From assembly GCA_947494155.1 (NCBI GenBank), contig CANLTW010000001.1, positions 64,001-128,000 on the forward strand: DNA of 64,000 bases. Reading direction: 5' to 3'. The DNA comes from Chlamydiota bacterium. Its GTDB lineage: Bacteria > Chlamydiota > Chlamydiia > Chlamydiales > RGXB01. The position numbers and the translations under genes are program-made. Positions 37,233-47,358 of the stretch are shown here, piece after piece. The notes under the pieces are model-generated. The model saw only the letters and a list, made by a program, of their open reading frames with translations. It was not told the DNA's origin and ran no database searches. The stretch's first letter is position 1, and the number at the start of each line of letters is the position of its first letter.

Positions 37233-38723
37233 ATGGAAATGACTATCAAAGAAAAACCTTTAGAAAAAAAAGGGAAAGATTTTTCAAAAAGCAAAATAAG
37301 GGTTCCTCCCCAATCTAAAGAGGCTGAAAAGCTTGTTTTGGGGATGATGTTTTCTTCTGTCAACGCATTAAACGTTGCAGCCGACACTCTATTGCCCGAA
37401 GATTTTTATTTCAAAGAGCATCAGCTTGTTTTCCATGTCCTGCAGGAGGCCTACCGCAACGACCGCCCGGCGGACGTACATCTGGTTAATGAAGAGCTCA
37501 AACGCAGGGACGAGCTTAAAGAAGTTGGCGGAATTGTAGCTTTGACCGAAATTGCGCATTATGCGGGCACCTCAGCATATATCGAAGAATATGTGAATGT
37601 GGTTAAAGATAAGGCGCTTTTACGGCGCATGATTTCTACCGCTAGTGAGATGGAAAAAAAAGCGCAACAAGAACCCTCCGACGTCCTCTCTTTTCTTGAT
37701 GAATGCCAGTCTAAACTCTACACGATTTCACAGGAAAAATCGGCCAAAGAGGGCTTTTTGCTTCGTGATATTCTATCGGGTGTACGCGCTTCAACAAAAC
37801 TCCCTTTTTTAAAAGAGCTACAAGATCGGCAAGAGGAGTTTCTTACCAAAGGACCCAACCAAGCCCATTTTACCGGCCTTTCGAGCCACTTTTTAGATGT
37901 CGATAAAATGATCAATGGTCTTTGCCCCTCACAGCTTTTGATTTTAGCTGCACGCCCCTCAATGGGGAAAACAGCTTTGGCTTTGAATATCGCACAAAAT
38001 GTTGCCTTTCGTACTAAAGAGCCTGTGGGGATCTTTTCTTTGGAAATGAACTCCGAAGAGCTACTTCACCGTTTGATCTGCTCGGAGAGCGAGGTGGAAT
38101 CGGAAAAAATCAAAAACGGCTCCTTGACAGGCAGTGAGTATCAAAAAGTTGTTGCCGCTGTAAATGAGATGCAAAAGCACACGATGATTATCGACGATCA
38201 GCCCGGTCTGAAAATCTCCGATTTACGCTCACGAGCTCGTCGCATGAAAGAGATGTTCAATATCAAGCTTTTAGTAATTGACTATTTGCAGCTTCTAAGC
38301 GGACCTAAAGCCAGCTACAACTCAGACAACCGGCAAAATGAGATCTCCGAAATTTCCAGAATGTTAAAAAACCTTGCCAGAGAGCTGAATATCCCCGTGA
38401 TATGCCTATCTCAGCTATCTCGTAAAGTTGAAGAGCGGCAAGGGCATCGCCCGATGCTCTCAGACCTAAGAGAGTCGGGATCGATTGAGCAGGATGCCGA
38501 TATTGTGATGTTTTTATTCAGACGTGAGTATTACAATCCCCAAGACAAACCGGGTACTGCCGAGCTTATTGTAGCGAAAAACCGCCATGGAAAAGTGGGG
38601 GACATCCAGCTTGTATACAAAAAATCTTTAGCCCTTTTCCAAAATTTTGTAGCCCCCGTGCAAGAGGCCCCCCTGGCTCAGCAGTTCAACCCCGCTGCCT
38701 TCTCAGCCTTTCAGCCAAAATAG
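37233..38723 (+). CDS. dnaB: Replicative DNA helicase
   Basis: PPQSKEAE, AARPSMGKT, FSLEM, IDYLQL, LSQLSR, DLRESGSIEQDAD and KNRHG. ATG 37233 preferred over 37119. Confidence 0.97.
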   Translation: MEMTIKEKPLEKKGKDFSKSKIRVPPQSKEAEKLVLGMMFSSVNALNVAADTLLPEDFYFKEHQLVFHVLQEAYRNDRPADVHLVNEELKRRDELKEVGGIVALTEIAHYAGTSAYIEEYVNVVKDKALLRRMISTASEMEKKAQQEPSDVLSFLDECQSKLYTISQEKSAKEGFLLRDILSGVRASTKLPFLKELQDRQEEFLTKGPNQAHFTGLSSHFLDVDKMINGLCPSQLLILAARPSMGKTALALNIAQNVAFRTKEPVGIFSLEMNSEELLHRLICSESEVESEKIKNGSLTGSEYQKVVAAVNEMQKHTMIIDDQPGLKISDLRSRARRMKEMFNIKLLVIDYLQLLSGPKASYNSDNRQNEISEISRMLKNLARELNIPVICLSQLSRKVEERQGHRPMLSDLRESGSIEQDADIVMFLFRREYYNPQDKPGTAELIVAKNRHGKVGDIQLVYKKSLALFQNFVAPVQEAPLAQQFNPAAFSAFQPK

Positions 38724-39010
38724 CTTTTAAGAGGGGGATGCGCAACTTTGCCCCTTCTTGGCTATACACTTTTCTCTAAGGATAAAAAATTTTTACCCCT
38801 AACCTTTACACCCATTAAGCTCCCCTAAAAAGGGATTTTTTTAGGTCTCACATTTTTTAAAAAGAGGTTAAGAGACTCGGCGGGAGTCGGTTAAACTCGA
38901 GTGGATCTCACCCCATAAAAATTTATTGCCCCTTTCTAGAAAAACCCTCGCTTCCCCCTTTACGGTAAAACGTAAACGGAGTATGCTTCTTGAATCAAAT
39001 TGGAGTCAAA

Positions 39011-39103
39011 ATGGCCTCTGTTAAAAAGAAGCGCAAGGCGAAGATGAATCGCCACAAGTTGAAAAAATTGCGTAAACTCAACAGACACAAGAACAGCCCA
39101 TAG
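39011..39103 (+). CDS. Small basic ribosomal protein bS22-like (AURKAIP1/COX24/mS38 family), 30 aa
   Basis: GGAG RBS then MASVKKKRKAKMNRHKLKKLRKLNRHKNSP*, matching the S.KKKR..KM..HK.KK..R pattern. Not in the ORF track. Confidence 0.85.
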   Translation: MASVKKKRKAKMNRHKLKKLRKLNRHKNSP

Positions 39104-39112
39104 TTCTATTTT

Positions 39113-40996
39113 ATGTGGACCTTCGAGACGTTTTACGATGTTCTCGTCGTCGGAGCCGGCCATGCCGGCTGTGAAGCTGCGCATGCGGCTGCAAAGATGG
39201 GGGCGAGGACACTTTTAGTTACCATGAACTTGGACACCATCGCCAAGATGAGCTGCAATCCTGCGGTCGGGGGGACCGGCAAAGGGCAAATTGTACGTGA
39301 AATCGACGCGATGGGTGGCATCATGGGGCAAATCATTGACCAGACTGCAATACAGTTTCGGATGTTGAATCGCTCCAAGGGCCCTGCAGTTTGGTCTCCG
39401 CGAGCCCAAGCTGACAAGCACCTCTATGCCCAAAAGATGAAAGAGACTTTGGAGACAATCCCCAATCTTTTCCTCATGCAGGGCACCATCGAAGATCTCC
39501 TGGTAGAAAACGGTCGAGTGGTAGGAATATCCACAAAAGAGGGTATTGCGTTTCGCTCTTCGACAGTCATCCTCTCCTCGGGGACCTTCATGCAAGGAAA
39601 AATCCACATCGGCTCTACCCAATTTTCCGGGGGCAGAGCGGGTGACCCCCCTTCAGTCGGACTTTCGCATAGTTTAGCGCATCTTGGTTTTAAACTGGGT
39701 CGTCTTAAAACTGGCACACCCTGTAGAATTCACAAAAGATCGGTCGATTTCTCAAAATGTGAAAGACAAGATGGAGAAGAAGATGTCCGTTTTTCCTTTA
39801 GAAAAGAGTTTGAGCGCCTCCCACAAGTCCCCTGTTACATCACCTACACTTCGTCTGAAAGTCAAAGAATCGTAGAGGAAAACCTCTCGAAATCAGCCGG
39901 CTACTCTAAAAAAATGGTTGGACCCCGCTACTGCCCTTCCATCGAGGACAAAATTGTGCGTTTCAGCGACAAAGAGCGTCACCAAATTTTTATTGAGCCA
40001 GAAGGCTTAACCACACAAGAGCTTTATCTAAATGGTATTTCGACTTCGCTGCCGTTTGATGTGCAAGTCTCCCTAATCCGCTCGATCACAGGATTAGAAA
40101 ATGCCGAAATTTTAAGACCTGCGTACGCGATCGAGTATGATTACGTCAGAAGCGGCCAGCTCAAACTCTCTTTAGAAACAAAACTCATCGAGGGGCTTTT
40201 TCTTGCTGGGCAAATCAATGGAACAACGGGTTACGAGGAGGCGGCGGGTCAAGGTTTTATTGCTGGGGTGAATGCTGCCTTAAAAGTCCAGAATCGCCCC
40301 CCCTTTATCCTGAGTCCACAAGAATCCTACTTAGGGGTAATGATTGAGGATATCGTATCGATGGAGCTTACCGAGCCCTATAGAATGTTTACCAGCCGCG
40401 CTTCAGCTAGACTTCTACTGCGTCAAGATAACGCCGACTTAAGACTGAGCCACTATGGTTTTTATCTAGGCGGGCTGATCAATAAAGCCGAAATGGAGTC
40501 TATCGAGGCGAAAAAAGAGAGCATTTCCTCCACAATTTCGGCTCTAAAAAGACATGTGCAAGTGGAAGATAGAAGCTATACTCTTCAGCAAATGGTTGCA
40601 AGGCCCGATATGAGTTATGAAGGGGTACAAAAAAGCTACCCTCATCTTGTCCCGAATATTGATAAAGAGACCCGTTTTCAAGTAGAGCTTGAACTGAAAT
40701 ATGCAGGCTACATTAAAAGACAAGAAGAGGATAATCTTAAGCTCAAGGATCTCGACGTAATTGCTATCCCCGATGGATTGGATTTTGCCCAGGTGAAAGG
40801 TTTAAGGAATGAGGCAAGAGAGACTTTAAAAAGGGTGCAGCCTATCCACTTGGGTCAAATCGGTCGATTGCCAGGGATTACCCCAGCTGACCTGAATATT
40901 CTTTTTGTAGCAATCAAAGGATTTCGTCATCAATTTGCCCTTTCAAAAAATCGCCTCGAAAAAGAGGATCTTTCTTTTTGTCAAATAAAGACTTAA
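39113..40996 (+). CDS. mnmG: tRNA uridine-5-carboxymethylaminomethyl modification enzyme MnmG (GidA)
   Basis: GAGHAGCEAA, MSCNPAVGG, RLKTGT, GPRYCPSIEDK, AGQINGTTGYEEAA and EPYRMFTSRA. Confidence 0.97.
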   Translation: MWTFETFYDVLVVGAGHAGCEAAHAAAKMGARTLLVTMNLDTIAKMSCNPAVGGTGKGQIVREIDAMGGIMGQIIDQTAIQFRMLNRSKGPAVWSPRAQADKHLYAQKMKETLETIPNLFLMQGTIEDLLVENGRVVGISTKEGIAFRSSTVILSSGTFMQGKIHIGSTQFSGGRAGDPPSVGLSHSLAHLGFKLGRLKTGTPCRIHKRSVDFSKCERQDGEEDVRFSFRKEFERLPQVPCYITYTSSESQRIVEENLSKSAGYSKKMVGPRYCPSIEDKIVRFSDKERHQIFIEPEGLTTQELYLNGISTSLPFDVQVSLIRSITGLENAEILRPAYAIEYDYVRSGQLKLSLETKLIEGLFLAGQINGTTGYEEAAGQGFIAGVNAALKVQNRPPFILSPQESYLGVMIEDIVSMELTEPYRMFTSRASARLLLRQDNADLRLSHYGFYLGGLINKAEMESIEAKKESISSTISALKRHVQVEDRSYTLQQMVARPDMSYEGVQKSYPHLVPNIDKETRFQVELELKYAGYIKRQEEDNLKLKDLDVIAIPDGLDFAQVKGLRNEARETLKRVQPIHLGQIGRLPGITPADLNILFVAIKGFRHQFALSKNRLEKEDLSFCQIKT

Positions 40997-41042
40997 AAAT
41001 AGAATTGATGGTAGAAGATCTTTAAATGAGGTTCTTTTTGTC

Positions 41043-41732
41043 ATGAATACTATTCGCGTCGTTCAATTAAAAAAAATGCCTATCTTTCAGATGCTTGCAC
41101 TTGAAGAGTTTCTTCTTGACCAGCCCTGTGAAAATTTTCTTTTGATTAACTATGGGACACCTGATGCGATTGTTTTGGGAAAATCGAACGACCGCCATTC
41201 CCTCATCGAAAGCAAAACAGAGGTACCCCTTATACGTAGATTTTCGGGGGGCGGAACCGTCTATGTCGATCAATCGACTCTTTTCATTACCTGGATTTTA
41301 TCCAAAGAGCTTTCTGAGGCTAAATGTGTAGACACTCTTTTTGACTGGACCGTTGACACCCTTCAAAAGGCGCACCCTAATCTTAAGTTAAAGAGAGTAG
41401 AGACGGACTACGTGATTGGGGACAAGAAGGTGGGGGGTACGGCTCAGTATGTAAAAAAAGATCGCATTCTACACCACACAAGCTTTCTATTCGATTATTC
41501 TCAAGAGAAGCTCCAAACCTTAAAGCACCCTCTTAAAGCACCTAAGTATCGAGATGGGCGAAGCCATGAGGATTTTTTAACCACCCTCAATTCCCACTTC
41601 ACTACTATGGAGGAGTTTATCAACCCTTATGTAGAGGTATTACAAGGGGATTTTTCCTTACAAGCAACCTCAATGCTCGAAATTTTAATCCATTTGCAAT
41701 CGCCTAAGCAGACGGTAATTCTCGAGAGCTAG
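41043..41732 (+). CDS. lplA: Lipoate-protein ligase A family protein
   Basis: IRRFSGGGTVYVD, KKVGGTAQ, HHTSFL and P.YR.GR.H.DF. Confidence 0.85.
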   Translation: MNTIRVVQLKKMPIFQMLALEEFLLDQPCENFLLINYGTPDAIVLGKSNDRHSLIESKTEVPLIRRFSGGGTVYVDQSTLFITWILSKELSEAKCVDTLFDWTVDTLQKAHPNLKLKRVETDYVIGDKKVGGTAQYVKKDRILHHTSFLFDYSQEKLQTLKHPLKAPKYRDGRSHEDFLTTLNSHFTTMEEFINPYVEVLQGDFSLQATSMLEILIHLQSPKQTVILES

Positions 41733-41855
41733 AAATTTACTAATCCTAGAGCAAGAATCCCCCTTTCCAAGCTAGAGACTAAAATAGCAACTGTAGCGAA
41801 AAAAAGGGTGGGATTTTTTGGTTTTCTTAGGGATAAGTACTCTAGAAGAAACGAC

Positions 41856-42623
41856 CTACTCTTCTGGGTTGTTAGAACCGAAAAACTCTTTTACCGCATG
41901 AACTGTAACCTGACCACCCATTTCAGCAATCGCCTCAACCAGATCGATTTTCTTAGGGCAAACCTGGACGCAATTTTGCGCTTTGCTGCACTCATGCAGC
42001 CCCCCTTTGCCCATTAAACTATCCAAGCGCTCCTCTTTGTTGGATTTGCCATGAGGATGCAAATTAAAAAGGCGAGCTTGTCCCACCACGGCTGCCCCCA
42101 CAAATTGGGTGGTTTTTGTATAGTTTGGGCAGGCCACAAGGCAGCAACCACAACTCATACATGTTGAAAGCTCGTACATGACCTCATGGTTTTTAGGGAG
42201 AATTTTTGGGCCAAAATCTTTACTTCGGCTCCCATCAACCTCACTCCAGCCCTGGATTCTTTTCAAATCTTGAAAAATTCTGGAACGATCGATCACTAGG
42301 TCTCGAATCAAGGGATAAGAGTTAAAAGGGGCTAAATAGATTGTATCGGATCCACTCTCCTCCAATATGGGTTGAATCATCGCTGTACAGGACTGGCGGG
42401 GAATTCCGTTGATAAGCATGGAACAAGAGCCGCAAACCTCCTCAAGACAGGCTTGCTCCCATACAACCGGAGTCGTAAGCTCCCCTTTTTTATTGATAGG
42501 GCGTCTTTGAATCTCCATTAATGCGGTGATCACGTTCATCAAAGGGGTGAGCTCTAATTCAAATTCCTCCAAAAACTGATTCCCTTCAGTCCCACGAAGA
42601 ATTTGCAAAGTGAAAGATTTCAT
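41856..42623 (-). CDS. sdhB: Succinate dehydrogenase iron-sulfur subunit
   Basis: CLEEVCGSCSM.ING...QSC, CMSCGCCLVACP and CSKAQNCVQVCPK. Confidence 0.95.
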   Translation of the reverse strand: MKSFTLQILRGTEGNQFLEEFELELTPLMNVITALMEIQRRPINKKGELTTPVVWEQACLEEVCGSCSMLINGIPRQSCTAMIQPILEESGSDTIYLAPFNSYPLIRDLVIDRSRIFQDLKRIQGWSEVDGSRSKDFGPKILPKNHEVMYELSTCMSCGCCLVACPNYTKTTQFVGAAVVGQARLFNLHPHGKSNKEERLDSLMGKGGLHECSKAQNCVQVCPKKIDLVEAIAEMGGQVTVHAVKEFFGSNNPEE

Positions 42624-42632
42624 CTAATGGCC

Positions 42633-44522
42633 TCACACGTATGCAGGGTAATGTGTTGGGATCTTTGAGAGATCCAGACTCTCCAAGGTCACCTTTTTCT
42701 TATAATCCCGTTTTGCCACAGAAAAGTATCTTGCGTCAACATCTCTAAAACTCATAACCGGCTCTGTTTCTTTAGGATCAAAAACCGCAATCGTGTGCTT
42801 TAAAAAGTTGTGATCATCACGCTCCGGAAATTCGGGCTTAAAATGGCCTCCACGAGATTCATCCCGCAACAAAGCCCCTTTTGCAATCGCTAAAGCAATC
42901 TCCAGCATCCCTTTAAATTGGTTTGCAAAAATGAACGTCTGATTCAAATCGTTTGAGGTATCATCCAGCTTGATATTCTTGTAACGCTCCCGAATCCGCT
43001 TGATCCCCTCAATCGCTTTTTTTAATCCTTCGTTATGACGCACAACAGTACAGTCCCTAACCAAAATCTCTGATAGCTCCTCGTGCAACTGGTGGATATT
43101 CTCGGTCCCTTTTTTTGCCATGAGCTCATGCTTTAAAGCCTGCTCTTTTGCAAGTGCCTTTTCAAATACCTCATCAGATATCTCCTGATAATCCCGTTTA
43201 AGCTTTTTAAGATAGCTCACCATCTCATCCCCCACAACAAGCCCATCAAAAATACACGAAATCAACGAGTTTCCACCTAAACGGTTTGCCCCATGAATCC
43301 CATATTGAGATTCCCCCACATTAAAACAGCCCGTAAGATTTGTCATGTATTTGTATCGCAAGTGCCGATCCCCGTCCTCCTCAGCCGGATAATCCACATA
43401 AGCTCCCCCCATCGTGTAATGGACTCCCGGGTAGATTTTCATCGGTTTTTCCCGAGGATCTTCCCCTGTGAATTTTTGGTAGATCTCAAAAACGGAATAG
43501 AATTTTTTCACCAGCGCTTCATCAAAACCGGTACAATCTAAGTAGACCTGTTTTCTCCCCTCCACTCCTAGACCCAATTCGCAGACTTGATGGATCGCTC
43601 TAGCAGCAATATCTCTTGGAACTAAATTCCCCAAAAGCTTGTACATGTCCTCAAGAAAATACCAGCGCTCCCCCGTTTTTCCACACTCTATCCACTGCCC
43701 GTTTTCGTCTTTGATTTGTTTTGTTTCATCCCCATACACCCAAACACGGGCAAACCCGCGCAAAGTCTCGGTCATTAAACGCAGTTTATCATGCCCCGGA
43801 ATCGATGTGGGGTGGATTTGGATGAACTCCCCGTTGGCATACTCCATCCCCTGCATAAAAAGACGGCCGTTCGCAGCTCCGGTGCAAATGGTGGAATTCG
43901 TGCTTTTTTTAAATAAAAATCCCAGCCCGCCTGAGCCAACAATAACGGCATTAGCCTTTAAAATTTCGAGTTTTAGATTGTAGTGGTCCATTAAAACAAT
44001 ACCACAAGCAACCCCCTCCTCATCTTGTATGAGCCGCATGAATTCATGGTGCTCATATTTTTTTATAAGCCCCTTTACCTCATAACGTCGCACCTGCTCG
44101 TCAAGTGCATAAAGCAGCTGCTGGCCAGTTGAAGAGCCGCAATAGACCGTCCGATTGAATGTTGTCCCACCAAAGCGCCGCACATCGAGACCACCCTCTT
44201 GATTGCGATTGAAGGTGCAGCCAAACCGATCCAGCATCTTGATAATATTGGGAGCGGCTAAACACATCTCAACCACTTGGGGTTGATTGGCTAAAAAATC
44301 GCCCCCTTTGATGGTCTCATACGCATGTATATAAGGGGAATCCCCCTCATTTTTGAGATTGACCGCAGCGTTTATCCCCCCTTGTGCACAAACCGAATGG
44401 CTCCTTTTTACCTTTGTCAAAGAGACAAGATGAACCATAATCCCGTGCTCTGCAAGGCGCATAGCAGCCGATAGACCCGCTAAACCACCGCCAACTACAA
44501 TTACCTCATTTTGTATTGCCAT
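42633..44522 (-). CDS. sdhA: Succinate dehydrogenase flavoprotein subunit
   Basis: GGGLAG, RSHSVCAQGGIN, QIHPT, HYTMGG, HGANRLGGNSL and ESRGGH. Confidence 0.96.
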   Translation of the reverse strand: MAIQNEVIVVGGGLAGLSAAMRLAEHGIMVHLVSLTKVKRSHSVCAQGGINAAVNLKNEGDSPYIHAYETIKGGDFLANQPQVVEMCLAAPNIIKMLDRFGCTFNRNQEGGLDVRRFGGTTFNRTVYCGSSTGQQLLYALDEQVRRYEVKGLIKKYEHHEFMRLIQDEEGVACGIVLMDHYNLKLEILKANAVIVGSGGLGFLFKKSTNSTICTGAANGRLFMQGMEYANGEFIQIHPTSIPGHDKLRLMTETLRGFARVWVYGDETKQIKDENGQWIECGKTGERWYFLEDMYKLLGNLVPRDIAARAIHQVCELGLGVEGRKQVYLDCTGFDEALVKKFYSVFEIYQKFTGEDPREKPMKIYPGVHYTMGGAYVDYPAEEDGDRHLRYKYMTNLTGCFNVGESQYGIHGANRLGGNSLISCIFDGLVVGDEMVSYLKKLKRDYQEISDEVFEKALAKEQALKHELMAKKGTENIHQLHEELSEILVRDCTVVRHNEGLKKAIEGIKRIRERYKNIKLDDTSNDLNQTFIFANQFKGMLEIALAIAKGALLRDESRGGHFKPEFPERDDHNFLKHTIAVFDPKETEPVMSFRDVDARYFSVAKRDYKKKVTLESLDLSKIPTHYPAYV

Positions 44523-44526
44523 AGGT

Positions 44527-45528
44527 CTAGCTCCTCAAATTAATCCAGTAGGTGCCCCAAACAGAACTCAGGCCCATAAAACCGAGTAAAAACATCAACC
44601 CTACACAAATTTTTAACATTCTTCTTTGCGATATCTGTTTGACAACAAGACCCCATGTAATAGTGAAAGCCCAAAGACCATTAAATCCATGAAAAACCGC
44701 CGCAAGGACAAATATGGTGTATAAGATAGCTTTAATCGGGCTTTTGAACACATCGCGCACGTTCATCAATTGGGATGTACCAAAAGAGGAGGTAACAAGA
44801 ATCACTTGATCCTCCTGGAGCTCCCTTTTTGTGAGACCAGAATAAAAATCTTCCATCTCCATCGCTTTGAGTTTTTCCTTTCCAAGCTCAGAGGCCTCAA
44901 GGTTGTACTGGGTCCCATTGGCATCCACTTCTTTCAAACGCTGATCTACAAGTGCCTGTTGAGCCATCTCTTTATCAAGAGATTGCTTATACTCCTCGAT
45001 CTGTCCCGAATTGTACAGACTAAATCCTAATCTATCCTGCAGTGTGTAGAGCCCTTTGTCAAAATAGACTCTAGTAAAAAAAAGGCGCTTATTCCCCTCC
45101 TTAGCCTCCGCTGGATAGAGGTAAAATCTAAAGTTGGCGACGTGCAGAATGATTCCGATCAAAAGAATCCATGCGGTCCAGCGCTGGTAAGTGTAGGCGC
45201 GACTACGGGTGTAGGGCATGTAGGGTTTTGTCCCTTCTATTGAACCAAAAGAATTGGAGCGCCCATAAATCGCTTTTCGGATTCCGATCACCGCATGATA
45301 GGCGATTGGCACCCCGATAAAGGTGAGTTCAATCACTTGCAAATAGGGCAGATCATGAATGAAATTTACCATCCTTACGAAACCGGCACCATCATCACCG
45401 AAAAATAGTGCAGCCTGCGAGTTAGTAAGCAGGTGTTCAAAAAGGAAAATGACTATCAGTAAACCGGTTAAAGAGTGTAGCCGAGAATAGATAAATTCTT
45501 TGGGAAGATTATTTTTACGAGGATCCAT
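44527..45528 (-). CDS. sdhC: Succinate dehydrogenase cytochrome b558 subunit (Bacillus-type, with periplasmic insertion)
   Basis: RLHSLTG, FEHL..N, YHA, QRWTAW, HV and FHGFNGLW...ITWG heme-ligand His pattern. Confidence 0.92.
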   Translation of the reverse strand: MDPRKNNLPKEFIYSRLHSLTGLLIVIFLFEHLLTNSQAALFFGDDGAGFVRMVNFIHDLPYLQVIELTFIGVPIAYHAVIGIRKAIYGRSNSFGSIEGTKPYMPYTRSRAYTYQRWTAWILLIGIILHVANFRFYLYPAEAKEGNKRLFFTRVYFDKGLYTLQDRLGFSLYNSGQIEEYKQSLDKEMAQQALVDQRLKEVDANGTQYNLEASELGKEKLKAMEMEDFYSGLTKRELQEDQVILVTSSFGTSQLMNVRDVFKSPIKAILYTIFVLAAVFHGFNGLWAFTITWGLVVKQISQRRMLKICVGLMFLLGFMGLSSVWGTYWINLRS

Positions 45529-45586
45529 CGCGTCTCATCTAAGTTAAAGTATCCAGTGCCCCTAAAAACATTTTCGCTAAAACCTT

Positions 45587-45648
45587 AAGAGCATAGGAGC
45601 TCACTATCAAAAGAGAGGTAAGTTTTCAGATAGCGAGCTCCTAGTCTT
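45587..45648 (-). promoter_or_regulatory. Long stem-loop upstream of sdhC (cis-regulatory RNA or terminator candidate)
   Basis: Minus strand: TAGGAGCTC-G-CTATC...GATAG-T-GAGCTCCTA, a 15-bp stem with one G.U pair. Confidence 0.55.
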
Positions 45649-45730
45649 GTATTAAACGCTGTTTAAACGTTTTTTTGAAGTAAAATCCTCGTTAATGTGC
45701 ACTTTAAAATTTAAAAAGAAAAAAGGGCTG

Positions 45731-46471
45731 CTATAACCTAAAAAGCTCTTGGGCATTCCTATAGATCGCCTCCTGAATTACTTGCACCGGCTTTTTTTGC
45801 AACGCGGCCACCTTATCCACTATGTAAGGGATATAGGAGGGCTCATTTGTTTTTCCTCGAAAAGGCTCTGGGGCAAGCCAAGGGGCGTCGGTCTCTACAA
45901 GCATCTGAGATAGGGGGGTTGTGGAGGCGATCATTTGCATTTCTATCGCATTTTTGAATGTCACAACACCACTGAAAGAGAGGGTGAAACCCGCATCCAA
46001 GGCCCATGTTGCAATCTCTTTTGGGCCTGCAAAACAGTGTAAAATGCCCCTTTTAATCGGGTGTTTTTCCACAAATTCTTTAAGCTCATTATAGGCGTTT
46101 CGGCAGTGGATAGAGAGGGCTAAATCTAAATCATTTGCCAGCTCGATGTGCTTTTTGAAAAACTCTTTTTGTATCTCAAGGTGGTCTTTTGAATGGTGAA
46201 GATCCAAACCGGTCTCCCCTATCGCGACGATCTTTTTTTCTTCAGCCAACCGGACGATCTGCTCAAAGTGGTTGGCCTCCACCTCATGGGCATGGCAGGG
46301 ATGGATACCTGCTACCATCGGTGCTGAGGGAAACTCTTTTACAATTTTTTGCCCCCGTTCGATATCGCTAGGGTGGATACAGATATTGATGACGTGGTGC
46401 ACCCCTTTTGAAAAGGCTCTTTGTAATACCTCTTTGTAATCGTCCCCTAAATGGCAGTGTGTATCAATCAT
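45731..46471 (-). CDS. tatD: TatD family DNase
   Basis: MIDTHCH, GIHP, AIGETGLD, IHCR, LHCF and ETDAP.LAP. Start is ATG 46471. Confidence 0.93.
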   Translation of the reverse strand: MIDTHCHLGDDYKEVLQRAFSKGVHHVINICIHPSDIERGQKIVKEFPSAPMVAGIHPCHAHEVEANHFEQIVRLAEEKKIVAIGETGLDLHHSKDHLEIQKEFFKKHIELANDLDLALSIHCRNAYNELKEFVEKHPIKRGILHCFAGPKEIATWALDAGFTLSFSGVVTFKNAIEMQMIASTTPLSQMLVETDAPWLAPEPFRGKTNEPSYIPYIVDKVAALQKKPVQVIQEAIYRNAQELFRL

Positions 46472-46653
46472 GTCTCTTGAATATTTTTTTACGGGACTAG
46501 TGTAATAGTTGAAAGGATTAAACAAGAGAGGTTTTTTGGAGGTGCATGGAGATCTTAAAAGGGATTTCAAGAAAAAGAGGTCTATTGACAACTACCCAGC
46601 TAAAGAATAAGGTTTACTAAAAAACTTTTTCACCGCCCTTCTAGAGAAAAATT

Positions 46654-47352
46654 ATGACATCCATTTACATTTTTGTAAGCGCTTTCAAAGACTCAGACGG
46701 TTTTGGAAAAATCATCTTCCTTCTCCTTTTTTCTGTCTCTTTCCTCTCCTGGTTCATGCTGATTTTTAAAGCACGCCAGTTTTTTTCGATAGAAAAACAG
46801 ATGCATCTTTTTCTGGAAAACTTCCAAAAAAAAGAGCAATCCATTCTTGAAAAGACCTTCTTGGAGAGCTTGACGTGTAGCCCCCTTTTTCACCTCTATA
46901 AAAACTTCAAAAAGTGCACTATAGACCTTATGGATCGCAATAGAAAACTCGACGGGGTGGATATCCATTTTCTTAGCCGCTCTGACGTGGAGATGTTAAG
47001 TAGTTTTTTGGATCAAAAAGTTCTTAAAGAGAGTAAAAGCCTCGAAAAAAATCTTTTCATCCTCTCCACCTCGATCTCTTTGGCCCCTTTTTTAGGGATT
47101 CTAGGGACTGTTTGGGGGCTTCTGGTGAGCCTAACAGGTCTAGGAAAAGGGGTCTCTGCTTTATCGAATCAGGTGGTGATGAGCGGTTTATCTACAGCAT
47201 TAGCCACCACAGTCATCGGTCTTTTGATCGCCATTCCCGCTCTCATAGGGTATAACTACTTGCGCGCTAAAGCAAAGGAAATGACCCAATCCATGCTCGG
47301 GTTTTCTGCTCTTTTAGTGCACGAAGTGGAAATGGGTTTTAGACGAGACTAG
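46654..47352 (+). CDS. tolQ: TolQ/ExbB proton channel
   Basis: LAPFLGILGTVWG and ALATTVIGLLIAIPA..YN. Confidence 0.9.
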   Translation: MTSIYIFVSAFKDSDGFGKIIFLLLFSVSFLSWFMLIFKARQFFSIEKQMHLFLENFQKKEQSILEKTFLESLTCSPLFHLYKNFKKCTIDLMDRNRKLDGVDIHFLSRSDVEMLSSFLDQKVLKESKSLEKNLFILSTSISLAPFLGILGTVWGLLVSLTGLGKGVSALSNQVVMSGLSTALATTVIGLLIAIPALIGYNYLRAKAKEMTQSMLGFSALLVHEVEMGFRRD

Positions 47353-47358
47353 CTTTAT

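Noticed and set aside
38724..39010. Replication origin between dnaB and mnmG (gidA)
   Set aside because: I found no convincing TTATCCACA-type DnaA box cluster or AT-rich tandem 13-mers by eye.
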